Assembly: GCF_018350175.1 (NCBI RefSeq)
Contig: NC_058368.1
Location: 36,334,001-36,398,000 of the forward strand
Direction of reading: 5' to 3'
Length of the DNA stretch: 64,000 nucleotides
DNA from: Felis catus
Lineage: Eukaryota
Both the position numbers and the translations under genes were made by a program. The notes under the pieces were generated by a model that worked only from the letters and a program-made list of their open reading frames with translations, ran no database searches and was not told where the DNA came from. Below, piece by piece: positions 1 through 13,534 of this stretch (position 1 is its first letter; each line of letters begins with the position of its first letter).

Positions 1-1143
1 ATCTCACCCCGTGCTCACCTCCAGCTTTTCACAGCCCTTGGTCATTGCTACCTTATCCTTCTCTTAAACAGAGCTGTAAGCACTTCATGTCCTTTGCTCC
101 CCCAACACTTAGCACAACAGCCCAAGATGTTCTTAGTAAATATCGGTCAGATAAATGTGTCTGAACTGACCTGGAATCTTTAGCAGCTCTCTCACCTGTA
201 GTGAAAACAAAAGTACCCTACAGAAGTATCTTCAGTGATGCCCCAATACTGTGAAAAATTTCCCTGAGCTTCTTCCGCTCTGGGTAGGATTTCTGCTACC
301 CCTGGTTTCTGACTTGCAGCTCACATCTGGACTTTGCCTCTTAGCTTAGACTTCTTGGAATGCAGCTAGTTGGATTGCCTGCCTAACTTTCTATTTCATA
401 TTGAGCCCCAAGTGCTGATTCTCAATACAAGTACAGCAATAGACAACACATTGTAAGCTCCTCTTATCCCAGCCCATATGCAAATTCTGGCTTGTGCAAG
501 AGTTCAGTCAGAACAAATGGACGAGTTACCTTCAGAAAAAGCTATACTGTGCAAATGGGCTGTTGGTTTTTGTTTTATTTTGTATTGTTTTGTTGCATGC
601 AGTTTGTTTTCTCTTTGGTTTTTGCCAGAAATAACACAGTATTTATGTGACCTTGTATTCTTTACAATGGCATTTTATAGTGAATGGGAAATTGTCATTC
701 ATTCCCTCCCAGTATGACGCCAGGCCACACGTGTGTGATAGAATTTTTTTCCCCCGGGCTTTTTACAGGATTATATGAAATGAACATGACATTTTTGCTT
801 TATTCTAGATAGTGTATCACAAGATGATCCTAAAGTTGCTATTCTCAACCTGAGAAGATTATGCAAGGAGAATTTACCATTTTGAATATAGTCTATTAAT
901 TTCTAACTCAGTGACCTATTTCTACTGTAGTAATAAATGCTAAAAAATCATTAGCTTAAATTAGCCTTTGTGTCTTATGTTTACACTTTTTTTTTTGATT
1001 CACAATATAGTTCAACTGAAATAGTAACTGAATGAGTTAGTGAACTGACAAGTGATACAAGAGACTACCCAGGCTGATACCCTCTCTTTTTTTCTTTTTG
1101 AGACAACTATAAATCCACACATAGTTTTAAAAAAAAAAATGCA

Positions 1144-1373
1144 GGGGCGCCTGGGTGGCTCAGTCGGTTGAGCGTCCGACTTCAGCTCAGGTCACGATCT
1201 CACGGTCCGTGAGTTCGAGCCCCGCGTCAGGCTCTGGGCTGATGGCTCAGAGCCTGGAGCCTGCTTCTGATTCTGTGTCTCCCTCTCTCTCTCTCTGCCC
1301 CTCCCCCATTCATGCTCTGTCTCTCTCTGTCTCAAAAATAAATAAATATTAAAAAAAATTAAAAAAAATAAAA
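1144..1373 (+). mobile_element. Can-SINE (SINEC_Fc, young felid type)
   Basis: Has the GGGGCGCCTGGGTGGCTCAGTCGGTTGAGCGTCCGACTTC head with A and B boxes, a (CT)n tract, an AATAAA/A-rich tail, and TSD AAAAAAAATGCAG on both sides. Most CpGs are intact. Confidence 0.97.
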
Positions 1374-3093
1374 TAAAAAAAATGCAGAGAGGTCCAGTGT
1401 ATCCCTTATCCAGCTCCCCCGAAAGGTAACCACTCACAAAACTAAAATCCAATGTCATAATCAGGATATTAATATTGATACAGTCAAGTTACTGAACACT
1501 TCCATCATGTATATTTCATGTTGACTTTTATAGCCACTTCCTTCCACCATCACCCACTCCTTAACCCCACAGCAACTGATCTGTTCTTCATTTCTGTAAT
1601 GTTGTCGTTTGAACAATGTTGTAGAAATCTAACCTTTTGAGATTGGCTTTTTTCCACTTAGCATAATTCTCTGGAGAGTCATCCAATTGTTAGATATATC
1701 AACGGCTTGTTCCTTTGTCTTGCTGAGCAGCATTATTTGCTATGGATGGGCCCACAGTTTATTTACTTCCTCACTCACTGAAGGGCATCTGGACCGTTCC
1801 CAGCTTTTGTCTATCATGAAGAAAACTGCGATCTACTTTTGTGTACAGGTTTTTGTTTTTGTTTTTGTTTTTGTTTTGTATAAACATAAGTTTTCATTGT
1901 TCTGGGATAAATGCCCAGGAGTGTAATTGTTGGGTCATATGGTAGTTGCATGTTTATTTTATTTTTTTTAAGAAACTGCCAAGCTGTTTTCCAGAGTGAA
2001 GTTACCATTTTACACTCCCACCAGCAATAAATGAGTGATTCAGTTTCTCCACATCCTCACCAACACTTTGTGTTGTCACTATTCTGTATGTTAGCCATTC
2101 TGATAGGTATACAGTGGCATAGAATTATGGTTTTAGTTTGCATTTCTCCAATGGCTAATATTGTTGAGTATTTTTTCATGTATTTATCTGCCATTCTATA
2201 TCCTCTTTGGTGAAATGTCTTTTGTTAATTTTCTAATAGGATTATTTGCTTTTTTTTTTTTATCAGTTTTGAGAGTTCTTTTTATATTCTCAACACTAGA
2301 CCTCTGTCAGGTGATTTACAAATATTTTCTGCCAGCCTGTAATTAGTCCTGTCATTTTCTTAGCAGGGTCCTAAGAAAACACAAAGTAAATATTTAAAAA
2401 TACAAAGTAAATATTTTTAAATGTTTGATAATGTCCAATTTATCAATTTTTCCTTTTATGGATGTTTTTAGTATCAAGTCAAAGAATTCTTTGCTTAGCC
2501 CTCAATATTGAATATTTTCTTAAAAGTTTAATGGTTTTACATTTATGTCTTTTATCCATTTTGACCTAATTTTTTTTATACAGTATGAGACTTAGGTCAA
2601 GGGTCTTTTCTTTTCTTTTCTTTTCTTTTTTAACCTAAGATGTCCAATTCCTACAGCACTATTTTTGCATGGACTATCTTTCTCCCACCTTTGCACCTTT
2701 GTCAAAAATCTATTGGGCATTTTTGTGTAGATGTATTCCTAGGTTCTCTGTTCCACTGATCTGTTTGTCTGTTCCTACATCAATACGACAGTCTTGATTA
2801 ATGTGTAAAATAATACCGCTTTATTCTCTTTTCAAAATCGTTTTAGCTATTCTAGTTCCTTGGCCTATCCATATAAAGTTTAGAATAACATTATACCTAT
2901 CTATAAAAAAAAACTTGGAATTTTTGTAGGAACTGTGTCAACTTTGTATGTCAATTTTGAGATAACTGATATCTTTATTATGTTGACTATTCTAACCTAT
3001 GATCACTGTATTTCTATCCATTTATTTAGATCTTTGATGTCTTATATCAGCATTATGTAGTTTTAGCATACAATCATGTACATGTCTTGTTAG

Positions 3094-3097
<4 letters not shown>

Positions 3098-3132
<35 letters not shown>
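3098..3132. repeat. (CA)n microsatellite
   Basis: Seen directly in the sequence. Confidence 0.95.
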
Positions 3133-3133
<1 letters not shown>

Positions 3134-4389
3134 CTACTATACAGGTGTTGTGTTTTTAATTTTTAGTGTCCATATGTTCATTGTTAGTATGGTAATGCAA
3201 TAAACTTTTGTATGTAAATCTTGCATCGTCCCAAATTGCCAAATCCACTTAGTTCTAGGAGATTTTTTGGTAGATTTTGAAATTTTCTACATAGGCAATT
3301 ATGGCTTCTGTAATAGAATATAGAGATAGTTCTATTTCTTCTTTTATGATCTGTATGCCTTTTAATTCCTTTTTTTGTCTTATTGCACTGGCTTATTAAC
3401 ACTATGTTGAATTATAGTGGGAAAAGCAGACATCCTTGTAATGTACCATTTAGTATGTTAGTTATGAGGTTTTTTTTAGAAGGTTTCTTTATCAAGTTGT
3501 ATAAATTCACCTCTACTCCTATTTTTCATGAATGAGTATTGAGTTTTGTCAAATGATAGTTCTGTATTTATTGATTTGATGGGATTTTTTTCTTCTTTCA
3601 TATAGTAGATTACATCAAATTGATTAAATTAAATAAGCTTCAAATATTGAACCAGTCTTGCATTTCTGCAATGAATCTCACTTGCTCATGGTATAACAGT
3701 TCTGTTTTACATTGCTGAAATCTATTTGTTAATATTTTGTTAAATATTTTTTATTTATATTCATAAAGGATATTGGTGTGCAGTTTTCTTTTTTTGTACT
3801 ATCCTCATCTGGTGTTGACATCTGAAAAATATTAGCTTCATAAAGTGAATTAGGAATGTTCTTTGTGCTTCTATTTTCTGGAAGAGATTGTGTGTAGAAT
3901 TGGTATTAATTTTTTAAACATTTTGATAGAATTCTCCATTGAACCATTTAGGAAAGGAACATTATTTGGGGGTAGTGTTTAAAATTATGAATTCAATTTT
4001 AATAGTTACAGAACTATTCAAATGATCTATTTTATGTTAGGTGAATTACGATAATTTGTGTTGTCTGAGGAATTGGTCCATTTCTTATAAGTTGCCAAAT
4101 TTGTGTGTACAGCTGTCCTTAGTATTCCCTTAATATTATTTGATGTCTGCAGGGTTTTTAGCGATAGCCTCTGTTTCATTTATGATATTGGTAATCTGCC
4201 TTCTTTCTCTTTTCTTTACCATATCAGAAATATGTCAGTGTTACTAATCTTTTAAGAGAACCAGATCTTTGAAACTGAGAAAAAAAATCCCATTTACAAA
4301 TTGCACCACAAAGACTAAAATACCTAGGAATAAACTTAACTAAGGAGGTGAACTCTGTACCCTGAAACTACAAAACACTGGGGAAGGAA

Positions 4390-4576
4390 GGGGCACCTGG
4401 GTGGCTCAGGCAGTTGAGCATCAGACTTTGGCACACATCATGATCTCATGGCTCATGAGTTCAATCCCCACATCAGGTTCACTGCTGTCAGCCTGTCAGT
4501 GTGGAGCCTGCTTCAGATCCTCTGTCCCCCTCTCTTTGCCCCTCTCCCACTTGTGCTCTCCCAAAAAGAAATTTTA
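4390..4576 (+). mobile_element. Can-SINE inserted in the L1
   Basis: Has the GGGGCACCTGGGTGGCTCAG head, CT tract and A tail. TSD AAAACACTGGGGAAGGAA / AAAACATTGAGGAAGGAA. Confidence 0.95.
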
Positions 4577-5875
4577 AAAAACATTGAGGAAGGAAACTGA
4601 AGTTGACATAAACAAATGGAAAGATGTTCCATGCTGATGAGGAAAAACCAATAATGTTAAAATGTCTATACTCCCCAAAATAATCTACAGATTTATTGTA
4701 ATCCCTATCAAAATACCAACAATATTTTTCACAGAACCAGAACAAATTATACTAAAATTTATATGGAACTACAAAAAAAAAAAGCCCAAAAACCCAAAAG
4801 AAATCTTGAAAAAGAAAAACAAAGCTGAACACATCACAATCCCAGATTTCAAGAATCACTACGAAGCTATCACAATCAAAACTGAAGGTACTGGCACAAA
4901 AATAGATACATAGAACAATAAAACAGGATACAGAGTCCAGAAACCAACCCATGCTAATCTGGTCAATTCATCTATGAAAAGGAAGTGGCAATATCCAACA
5001 GGGAAAAGACAGCCTCTTCAATAAATAGTGCTGAGAAAGCTGGACAGCTACATGCAAAAGTGAAAACTGGACCACTTTCTTACATCATACACAAAAATAA
5101 ACTGAAATGGACCTAAATGTGAGAACTGACACCATAAAATTCCTAAAAGAAAACATAGGCAGTAGTCTTGTGGACATCACCATTATCAGCATATCTATGA
5201 ATATGCCTCCTCAGGCAAGAAACTAAAGGCAAAAACAAACTATTGGGATGACACCAAAATAAAAAGCTTTTGCATGGCAAATAAAACCATCAACAAAACA
5301 AAAAGGCAACCTACTGAATGAGAGAAGATATTTTCAAATGATGTATTTGATAAGGGGTTAATATCCAAACTACATAAAGAACTTATATACAATTCAACAC
5401 ACACAAAATCCTCAATTTGGTCAGAAAAATGGGCAGAGGACCTGAATAGACATTTTTACAAAGAAGACATACATATGGCCAACAGACACATGAAAAATGC
5501 TCAACATCACTAATCATCAGGAAAATGCAAATAAAAACCACAATGAGACACCACCTTATGTCTGTCAGATGGCAAAAAGACAAAAAATAATAAGTGGTGG
5601 GAATGTGGAGAAAAAGGATCCTTCCTACACTGTTGGTTGGAATGCAAATTGGTACAGCCATTTTGGAAAATAGTATAGAGTTTCCTCAAAAGATTAAAAA
5701 TAGAAATACCATATGATCCAGTAATTCTACTACTGGGTATTTACCCAAAGAAAATGAAAACACCAGTTTGAAAAGATATATGCACCCGTTTGTTGCAGCA
5801 TTATTTACGATAGCCTACATACAGAAGTAACCTAAGTGTTTATCAGTAGATGAATGAATAAGGAAGATGTGGTGT

Positions 5876-5888
5876 ACACACACATACA

Positions 5889-5937
<49 letters not shown>
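5876..5937. repeat. (CA)n microsatellite within the L1
   Basis: Seen directly in the sequence. Confidence 0.95.
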
Positions 5938-5939
<2 letters not shown>

Positions 5940-8900
5940 GAATATTACTCAGCTATAAAAACGAATAAAATCCTGCCATTTGCAACAACATGGATGAAAC
6001 TCGAGGGTATAATGCTAATGGAAATAAGGCAGTCAAAAAAAGACAAATATGATTTCATTCACATGTGGAATATAAGAAACAAAACAAATGAACAAACTAA
6101 ACAAGGGATAAACAAAAACCACTCTTAAATGCAAAGAACAAACTGCTGGTTACCAGAGGGCAGGTAGATGAGGAGATGGGTGAAATAGGTCAAGAGGATT
6201 AAGAGTACACTTATCTTGATAGGCACTGAGAAATGTATAGAATTGTTGAATCTCTATATTGTGCACCTGAAACTAATATAGCACTGTATGTTAATTATAC
6301 TTGAATTAAAAAAAAAAGAACTCTTTGTTCAATTCATTTTTCTGTTCTGAATTTCATTAACTTCTGCTCTTTATTATTTTTTTCCTTCTGCTTGCTTTGG
6401 GTTTATCTTGCTCTCCTTTTCCAGGTTCTTGAGGTGGGATATAATATTATTGATCTGAGAATGTTTCTTTTTAATAACATGCCATTAGTGTTACAGAGTT
6501 CCCTCTCAGCACTGCTTTAACTGTGTCATACAGGTTTTGGTGTGTTATAATTTCATTTTCATTCATTTCAATATATTTTTTTATTTTCACTTTCTTCTGA
6601 CCTTCATTTTGATAAGCAACACACTGTCATGTGAATTTTTTCCTACATTGGTAATGTGTCATCTTTATCTGGCTGCTTTCAAAATTTTCTCTTTGTCTTT
6701 CATTTTCAGAAGTTAATGATGATGTGTCTTGTCATGGATTTGATTGGGTTTTTCCTATTTGGGCTTCACTCGACTTCTTGAATTTGTAGGTATATATCTC
6801 TTGACAAATATAGGCAGTTTCCAATCATTATTTCTCTGAGTACTTTTTCAATCTCATCCTTTTTCTCCTCTCCTCTGGGACTTGGATACCTCAAATGTTT
6901 GATCTTTTGTTATAGTTCCCCAGGTCTGTGAATTTCTGTTCATTTTATTTTTTTAGTCTATTTTCTTCCTGATGTTCAGATTGGGTAATTTCTATTGTTC
7001 TATCTTCCATTTCACTGATTCTTTCCATTGTATTTAGTGATTTGTATTTTACAGTTCTCAAGTTTCCCTTTGGTTCTTTTTATACCTTCCATTCTTTGAC
7101 GAGGCATTCTATTTTTTCATTCATTTCTAAAGTGTTTTTAATTTTTCATCAAAGCATTTTTATGTTGGGGATAAAAACATCTTAAAGCATTTAAGATCTT
7201 TGTCATATAATTCTAACATCTCTGTATCTTGGTATTGGTATCTATCAAGTCTTTTTAAGTTTTAGGTCTTCCTTATTATTGGTATGAATGATTTTTGATG
7301 GAAATCTGGACATTTTTGTATTTTGTAATGAGATAATAGATGTTATTTGCACCTTTTATCTCTCTTCCTTGGACACATTCTTTCAGGAACAGGGGAGAGT
7401 GCCTCCTTATGACTGCCAGGCAGGGTAATTTCTGTAGTCATTCAGCCTCTGTTGAGGGATCCTCATTATTGGTGGAAGAGTGGGACTTTTAGCTCCCCTT
7501 ATGGTCTTTACTGACATCATTGTGGATATGGCCTTGTTACTGCTGGTTGATAGTAAAAGTCCTGATTCTCCTTTAGGCCTCCTCTGACATCACCCCAGGA
7601 GGGAGGAGATAGGGCACCTTATTACTGCTGGATGGTGGTGAAACTACAGACTCTCATGTGGTCTTCAGTGATACTGAAAGGGTGAGGGAGAAGGCTCATT
7701 ACTGGTTGGCAGGGATGAATGTCCTGGCTTCCTACTTGGCCTTCTCAGACATTACCCTGGTGGGGTGTTGGGGCACCTTGTCAGAGCACTGTGTGAGTAG
7801 AAGTCTCAAGTCCTCATTCTACTCAGCCTTTTCTAGTGGGGGTGGGGGTGGGGCCACAGTCTTTTCTGTGATTCTTGGTTTTTATGGTCTAAATGTTTTC
7901 TGTCTTGCTGTGCTGCCTTTTTCTGGTCCTTTGACTACATTGAGAGCAGGTCTTAGCTGTGTATTTTTTCTCTTGCCCCCACTGACATTCCCATTTGACA
8001 TCCCCACTGGCTTCTTCAACTCCAGGTCTGGGATATACGAGGCTAAAATAAAACATAGGGAACTCACCACCATGTCTTTTCTTAAGTCCCAAAGTCTCTT
8101 GTTGATCTGCCTTCTTTTCTCCACCTTTCAGCGTCTTATATTTTATATACAATGTCCAGGGTTTTTGAGTTGTATTTAACAGAATATATAGGGAAAACAA
8201 TGCCTACTTTATTTTTCCAGAAGCAGTAATACAATACATTCATTTTAGGATAAGGCAATTGAAGGCTTGGGTAAAGATGCACAGCTAAGAGTGGCATGAC
8301 AAAATTAGATCCTTGCTCTCTCAATTCTTTGTTCAGTGCTCGTATCATTGTAACAGTGAAATTCAGGCATCTGCCTTGAAGTGTGATGGTATTGAGAAAA
8401 TGTCATGAGAATACTGTACTCCCACTGCCTCCCAGCCATTTATTCTATTTTGTATTCCTTTAGAATCTTGTATTAATTTTAGTTACCTCACCATATTGCT
8501 GTCTCCAGTGGTGGGTCCAGAATTCCCATATATGAGCAGCGTAGAGGCAGCAATGTGAATTTAAGGGAGGGTAAATGACTTATAGCTACAGCCTAGTAAA
8601 TACTCTGTTTTCACTTAATTATATATTATTGGAGGTAGATTGAGGGATGGTGAGTGGAAACAGGCGCTAAATCACCTCAAGCCATCCAAACACCATCTGC
8701 CTTGTATTAAACTACAATGGTAACAATATGTTGATTTGGTAGCCTCTGTTGATTTTAATAAGCTATTTTTGGACAGGGATGGGATATTTTATTTACTATG
8801 AATCTGAGGTTATCTTCGGTATTGGTAGATTAAGGATGATGTTAACAAGTTTGCTTGTTTCCTCCCTACTGTTGGCATTAGGGACACATAGTCATATCAA

Positions 8901-10446
8901 CAGAAAAGCAGAGTCTGTCATGTCAGAGTTCCACTTATCCTTGCATCAGTCTCAAGTATCAAAATTGATTTTTTTTAAATGTTCATTTGAAAAACAGCAG
9001 AGATAAGATTCAAGGATGCTTGCTCTCAGAAAAGGATTATTTATTAAGGGAAAGACTTGTCCTTTGAAAATTATTATCATAATTATCACTAAGAACCCAA
9101 TTCTATATTTCTTATTAAGGCAAAATCCCTGTTGAGGCAACCACAAGAAGGATGTTGATTGCAGTGGGATATCTGTCTGAGTAGGGCTAAGTAATCAGCT
9201 TTGAAATGTCACTCAAAGGAATCAGTGGGACAGAGGCTATTCCCTGGCAGGTCACAATGCCTTTTGGATTGTTTTTTATCTGCTTGTTTTTTGTTTTTGA
9301 AATGCCAAGGGTTTTATATCATCCTTGCATAGGTAATTATTCTGGATATCTCCAGAAACAATATTTAGGACTTGAGGAAAAATTGTATTAGAACAGAGAA
9401 AATGGCATAGAAATTCAAGGAGCCATATCAACTCATTGAATGTTGAGAGTCATTGAATCATAGATTCTCAGAGCTAAAGTTGTTTGGTTCCAACCCACAC
9501 TGGTACATAATTCTCCCCTAGAGTCACCTTGCCATGATTTTTTCTGTCTCATGCTAGGAAAACTGGAGATGTACACAGACAGCTCACTTCATTCTCTGCA
9601 TGCTGACTTTCTGTATTTGTTTATAGTATGGTTGACTCTATTCCTTGGGGCCATGCAAGTGTTTTGTGAGTAAATAATGAGCATGCAATTTAACTTAAAT
9701 CATTTGAAAACATTAAAAACCTCAATACAATGGGCACTTGACATTTTGAAAGGCTACATTCCAAAACCTTTAATATTCTCTAGATATGGAAATATTGCTA
9801 TAGGTCATAATTTCTTCCCTAAACTGTATTAAGTCCTCAAGAAGCAAACTACAGCCACTCACCATTGAATTTTCAGATACTAAGCAGTTGACTAGTTTCA
9901 CTCTTTCACTAAGAATTTTGTAGAAAACTTCACCTCTGTAATTGCCCTCAGTTCAATTATTTGTTTCTTCATTCATTCTACAAATATTTGTTGAAGGTCT
10001 AATATGTGACAGGTATTGTACTAAGCTCTTTAGGTAATAAAACAAATACAGTCCCTGTCCTTAGGGTATTAGCAGCCTAGTAGAAAGGGTAGTCAATACA
10101 CAAGTAAACAAAAAAAATATTAAATACAAATTATGATTCAGTGCTTTGAAGAAAACAGACAAGGTAGAGTGATACATGGTTCATTACAGGGGAGAGCTTA
10201 CACAGAACTGGTAAGCACTGAAGACCTCACTGAGAGAGGTCTGGCATTTGAGCTGATAATTCAAAGAGTCAGTTACATAAAAAGTAGGAAAGAATATTTC
10301 CAGTAGAGGAAAAGCATGTGGAAAAGTGTCAGATGCTGGAAAAAGCATGGGACATTTGAAGGGCTGGGGGGAAGTCAGAAAGGTAGAAGGGGCAAGGGCT
10401 CTTTGTCAGGCAAGGGCCAGATCGTGTGGGGTCCTTATGGACCATT

Positions 10447-11097
10447 TGCCTTAGTGCATTTGGGTTCCTATAGTGGACTACCATAGACTGGGTGGCTTAA
10501 ACTGATAGTGAAAAATTATAAGATGGCCGACAGGACTGATAGGGGAATTCCAGTCCCTGCCCAAAGACTCTCCTTCTGGGTTCTTCTTCCTGCCCTGCTT
10601 GCCGCGCGCACCAAATTGCGACTAACGCAGAAGTAACAGACTATAAATTGCCCCCAGTGATTACGCTTGGGGCTCAGACCTCTAGAGAGTGATCTCCTCT
10701 GAGCCCACCAGTCTAAAATAAAACTCCTACCTTCCAAGATCTCCGAATGCCGCTTGGTTCTTCTGCCAGGTGATCCAGATCAGGTTCCGTAACAAAACAA
10801 CAAACATTAATTTCTCACAATTCTAGGGGGTGCGAAGCTCAATATCAAGGTGCCACAAGATTCAGTATTTAGTGAGGGTCATAGATGGCTGTCTTTTTGC
10901 TGTGTCTTCACATGGCAAAAGTGAGTGAGGAAGCCGTCTGGGGTCTCTTTTATAAAAGCACGAATCACATTCATGAGGGCTCCACTCTCATGACCTAATT
11001 ATCTCGCAAAGGCCCCACCTCCAAATACCATCACATCGGAGGTTAGGATTTCATCATATGAATGTTTTGGGAGGACACCAATATTCAGTCTCTAACA
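10447..11097 (-). mobile_element. MaLR solo LTR (MLT1A-like), split by a second LTR
   Basis: TG...CA ends and the MLT1 hallmarks accatagactgggtggcttaaac and catgagggctccactctcatgacctaat...ggccccacctccaaataccatcac. 5-bp TSD CCATT/CTATT. Confidence 0.88.
10503..10794 (+). mobile_element. Short (292 bp) retroviral solo LTR, probably ERV1 class
   Basis: Starts TGATAG and ends GTAACA, has a perfect 4-bp TSD AAAC (10499-10502 and 10795-10798) and an AATAAA near 10717, and cleanly interrupts the MLT1 sequence. Confidence 0.8.
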
Positions 11098-13014
11098 CTA
11101 TTGTAAAGAGTTTAGTTTTTATTCTTCTGCAATGGGAAGCCATTGAAAGGGTTTTAATAGAAAAGTGGCATGTTTATAGATCAGGTCAAACTTGCAACAA
11201 CCCAGAGTAGCCATTTTGCAGTAGGGTGTAGAATCTGTTAATTTTAAGGAGAGGAAGCACAGAGATATTTGGGGCACAAAGATAGAATTTAAAGCCATGG
11301 AAACTGAAGAGCTCATCCAGAAGTAGGTGTGAGGAGAAGAGGAAAAGAAAGCCCAGGACTGAAGTAGAGGTCAACAGCTCAAGGTCAAAGAGAGAAAGAG
11401 GGAACTGCAAGAGAATGAAGAATTGGCAAAGAGACGGCCAGGAAACTGGAATAGAGAGTCCACTCAGCAGAGAGTTGAGGGGAGGAGGAGAAAGAGAAGG
11501 ATGAAGTGGCCACCACACTAAATGCTGATAAAAGACCCCTTCCAGCCTTCAAAAAACATAAATGCATCTAATTTTGATTTGCTATTTATCACCTTAGTTA
11601 TTTCACAGGTTTTCTCTACTCGCATGTTTTTCCTGCTCACCTGCAAAAATGACAACAGATATCCGAGTCATGGACCCTGTCAAATCCCACACTTTAAAGA
11701 AAAGTCTTTCATCTTTCTTTTTTATGCATTTTGATTCTCCCCAAATACTCCGGATAACTTCTACAATGCTTTCCACTTTACTATCATAGGCAGACTCTGT
11801 AATCTTCAAAAGTCTCCACTTTCCAAATGTAAAACCATTTTAGATGCAGTTTATCATCTTTTGAAAATTATCCATGTTCATTTAAAAACATATTAGCTCT
11901 TCACCGTCAATGTATTTGAATTGCCATGTTGTAGGAGCCCCGGAATATTAAGCTTATCGGAAAGTTAGGACAAGTTTTCCCTGGAGGATGGAGAAGCAGT
12001 TTTAAATTCAAAGTGGGAAAAAAAAATTCCATATCTTAAAATAGAAGCAAATTTTTTCTCTGTTTCACATTCTCTCAAGATATCCGCAATCCTTTTTAAA
12101 CTCTCTATTTATTATTAAATACAAGCAATTTAGCTCCTTTGTGAGGTTATGCAAATAACTCATCCAGAATTAGCATTTAACATGCAGTTCTTATATCCAC
12201 ACAAATGTTTTGTATAAAGTTGTTTTAAAAAGATTCAAATCTTTATAATTAGGAAGGGAAAATATATTAATAGGAATAAAGGGATACCCTGCTAATCTCC
12301 CATATGTAAATTAGCTTATAATTTCCATCATTTACTTTAGAGGCAACAGAACAATGGAACTTTTATTCTTCAATATTGCTGTCTCTCTCCTTCTCCTGCT
12401 AGAAAGTATGTGCTTATACATGTGTATCTAAAGGAAAATGACAAGGAATGTTAAATGCTTTATTTTTATGGGAAGGACACAGCTGGTAAATTGTGAGTAG
12501 GATTGAAGTTGATACTCTGTGCTTTGACAGCCTAGAGGATAAACTGCAATGCAGACCCTCTTGCGTTCTCATTTCAACTGGTTGTTTCTCCTCCTTTGCT
12601 TTTGGGGCTGGATCCACCCTTGCCCACTTGACTCTTCCTCCAGTCTCTCTGCCTCCTCCCCAAACTTTACATAAGAGGACACTGCTGTAGAATGTATGCA
12701 GAAGTTGTTCACTTCTTTGAAGGACTTTTTTTGGCTTTAGTCTCTAGCTTGGCCTTCGGAGGAAGGGATCGTGCAGGTAGGAGTAGACATTGGCCAGCAG
12801 TACAGTGCTGGTTAGATTCTTCTGTCCGCTTACCTTCTGGAGCTTGGCTTTTCTCTCTCAAGATTTCAGAAGTGCGATGCACAGTCCTAAAAATTTAGTA
12901 TCACTAGATGAACTAGGATGGGGAAGGATTTAAAACCCAGTCAAATATACCACCATGGAAAAGAGTAGGTTGTTGAGTTTGGAAGCAGACAGGGGAGCTC
13001 TGAAGCAACTATTT

Positions 13015-13200
13015 TCTTTAAGTTTGTTTGTTTGTTTGCTTATCATTTACTTATTTAGAGAGACAGAGAAAATCCCAAGCAGGTTCCATGCTCTCAACAC
13101 AGAGCCAGACGTGGGGCTGGATCTCACGAACTTTGACATTGTGACCTGAGCCGAAACCAAGAGTTGGACACTCAACTGACTGAGCCTCCGAGGTGCCCCC
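13015..13200 (-). mobile_element. Can-SINE (older subfamily)
   Basis: Reverse-complement head ...tgacctgagccgaaaccaagagttggacactcaactgactgagcctccgaggtgcccc with a T-rich tail on the left. Partial TSD ctgaag. Confidence 0.9.
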
Positions 13201-13534
13201 TGAAGAGACTTTAAACACAAAACACATTTAAATATGTTCCCTACAGCTGTGGTAGAGCTAGATAATTGGGTGAAATGCATAAGGAATACATATTTCTCCC
13301 TCAGCAAGCATCTAGGAAACTACCATGTGCCAGGCAAGGTTGGCAGACTGGACACAAGATGAAAATAAGCATTTATTCACTTCAGGAATGTCTCTGTCCA
13401 TGGAGAAGTACACATGCAAGCCAACCTTCTAATAGGTCATGATACATGCAATCACAGAGGTAGGTCTCATACTCAGGACAGAGGAAAGCCACCTGTGTCT
13501 GCCTAGGGTGCCAAGGAAATCTTGAGAACAGCCT

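Larger units (their letters stand above)
4271..6318 (+). mobile_element. 5'-truncated carnivore LINE-1 (3' part of ORF2, 3'UTR and poly-A)
   Basis: The ORF2-like peptide [19 protein letters not shown] (4662-4913) is followed by C-terminal ORF2 sequence and a carnivore-type 3'UTR ending gttaattatacttgaattAAAAAAAAAA. The flanks carry a degenerate repeat (aagagaaccagatcttt / aaaagaactcttt). Confidence 0.92.
1090..8200 (-). mobile_element. Old LINE-1 (L1MC-like), minus strand, interrupted by a SINE (1144-1373) and a younger plus-strand L1 (4271-6318)
   Basis: 1090-1500 matches the reverse complement of an L1MC-type 3' end (gagacaactataaatccacac...gatattaatattgatacagtcaag). 1600-4270 and 6320-6600 are T-rich antisense ORF2-like, 6620-7350 is antisense ORF1-like, and 7380-8200 is 5'UTR-like with degenerate tandem units. 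Subfamily is from recall. Confidence 0.8.
9962..11530 (-). mobile_element. LINE-2 (L2) fragment split by an MLT1 LTR
   Basis: Begins with the antisense L2 3' signature ttcattcattctacaaatatttgttgaag...tatgtgacaggtattgtactaag. L2 body resumes at about 11100 (gtaaagagtttagtttttattct...atgggaagccattgaaggg). Confidence 0.8.

Noticed and set aside
1090..6318. Twin-priming inversion explaining the opposite L1 orientations
   Set aside because: The two parts have different 3' ends and ages, and the minus-strand L1 resumes after 6318, so this is a nested insertion.
7380..7870. CRISPR-like repeat-spacer array
   Set aside because: The context is mammalian, the units are highly degenerate, there are no cas genes, and L1 5'UTR monomers explain it.
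7658..8200. 173-aa and 103-aa ORFs
   Set aside because: They lie within the old L1 5' region and show no protein-family resemblance.
8505..8705. Possible hAT-Tip100-like MITE starting CAGTGGTGGGTCCAGAATT
   Set aside because: The right-hand terminal repeat and TSD could not be confirmed by eye.
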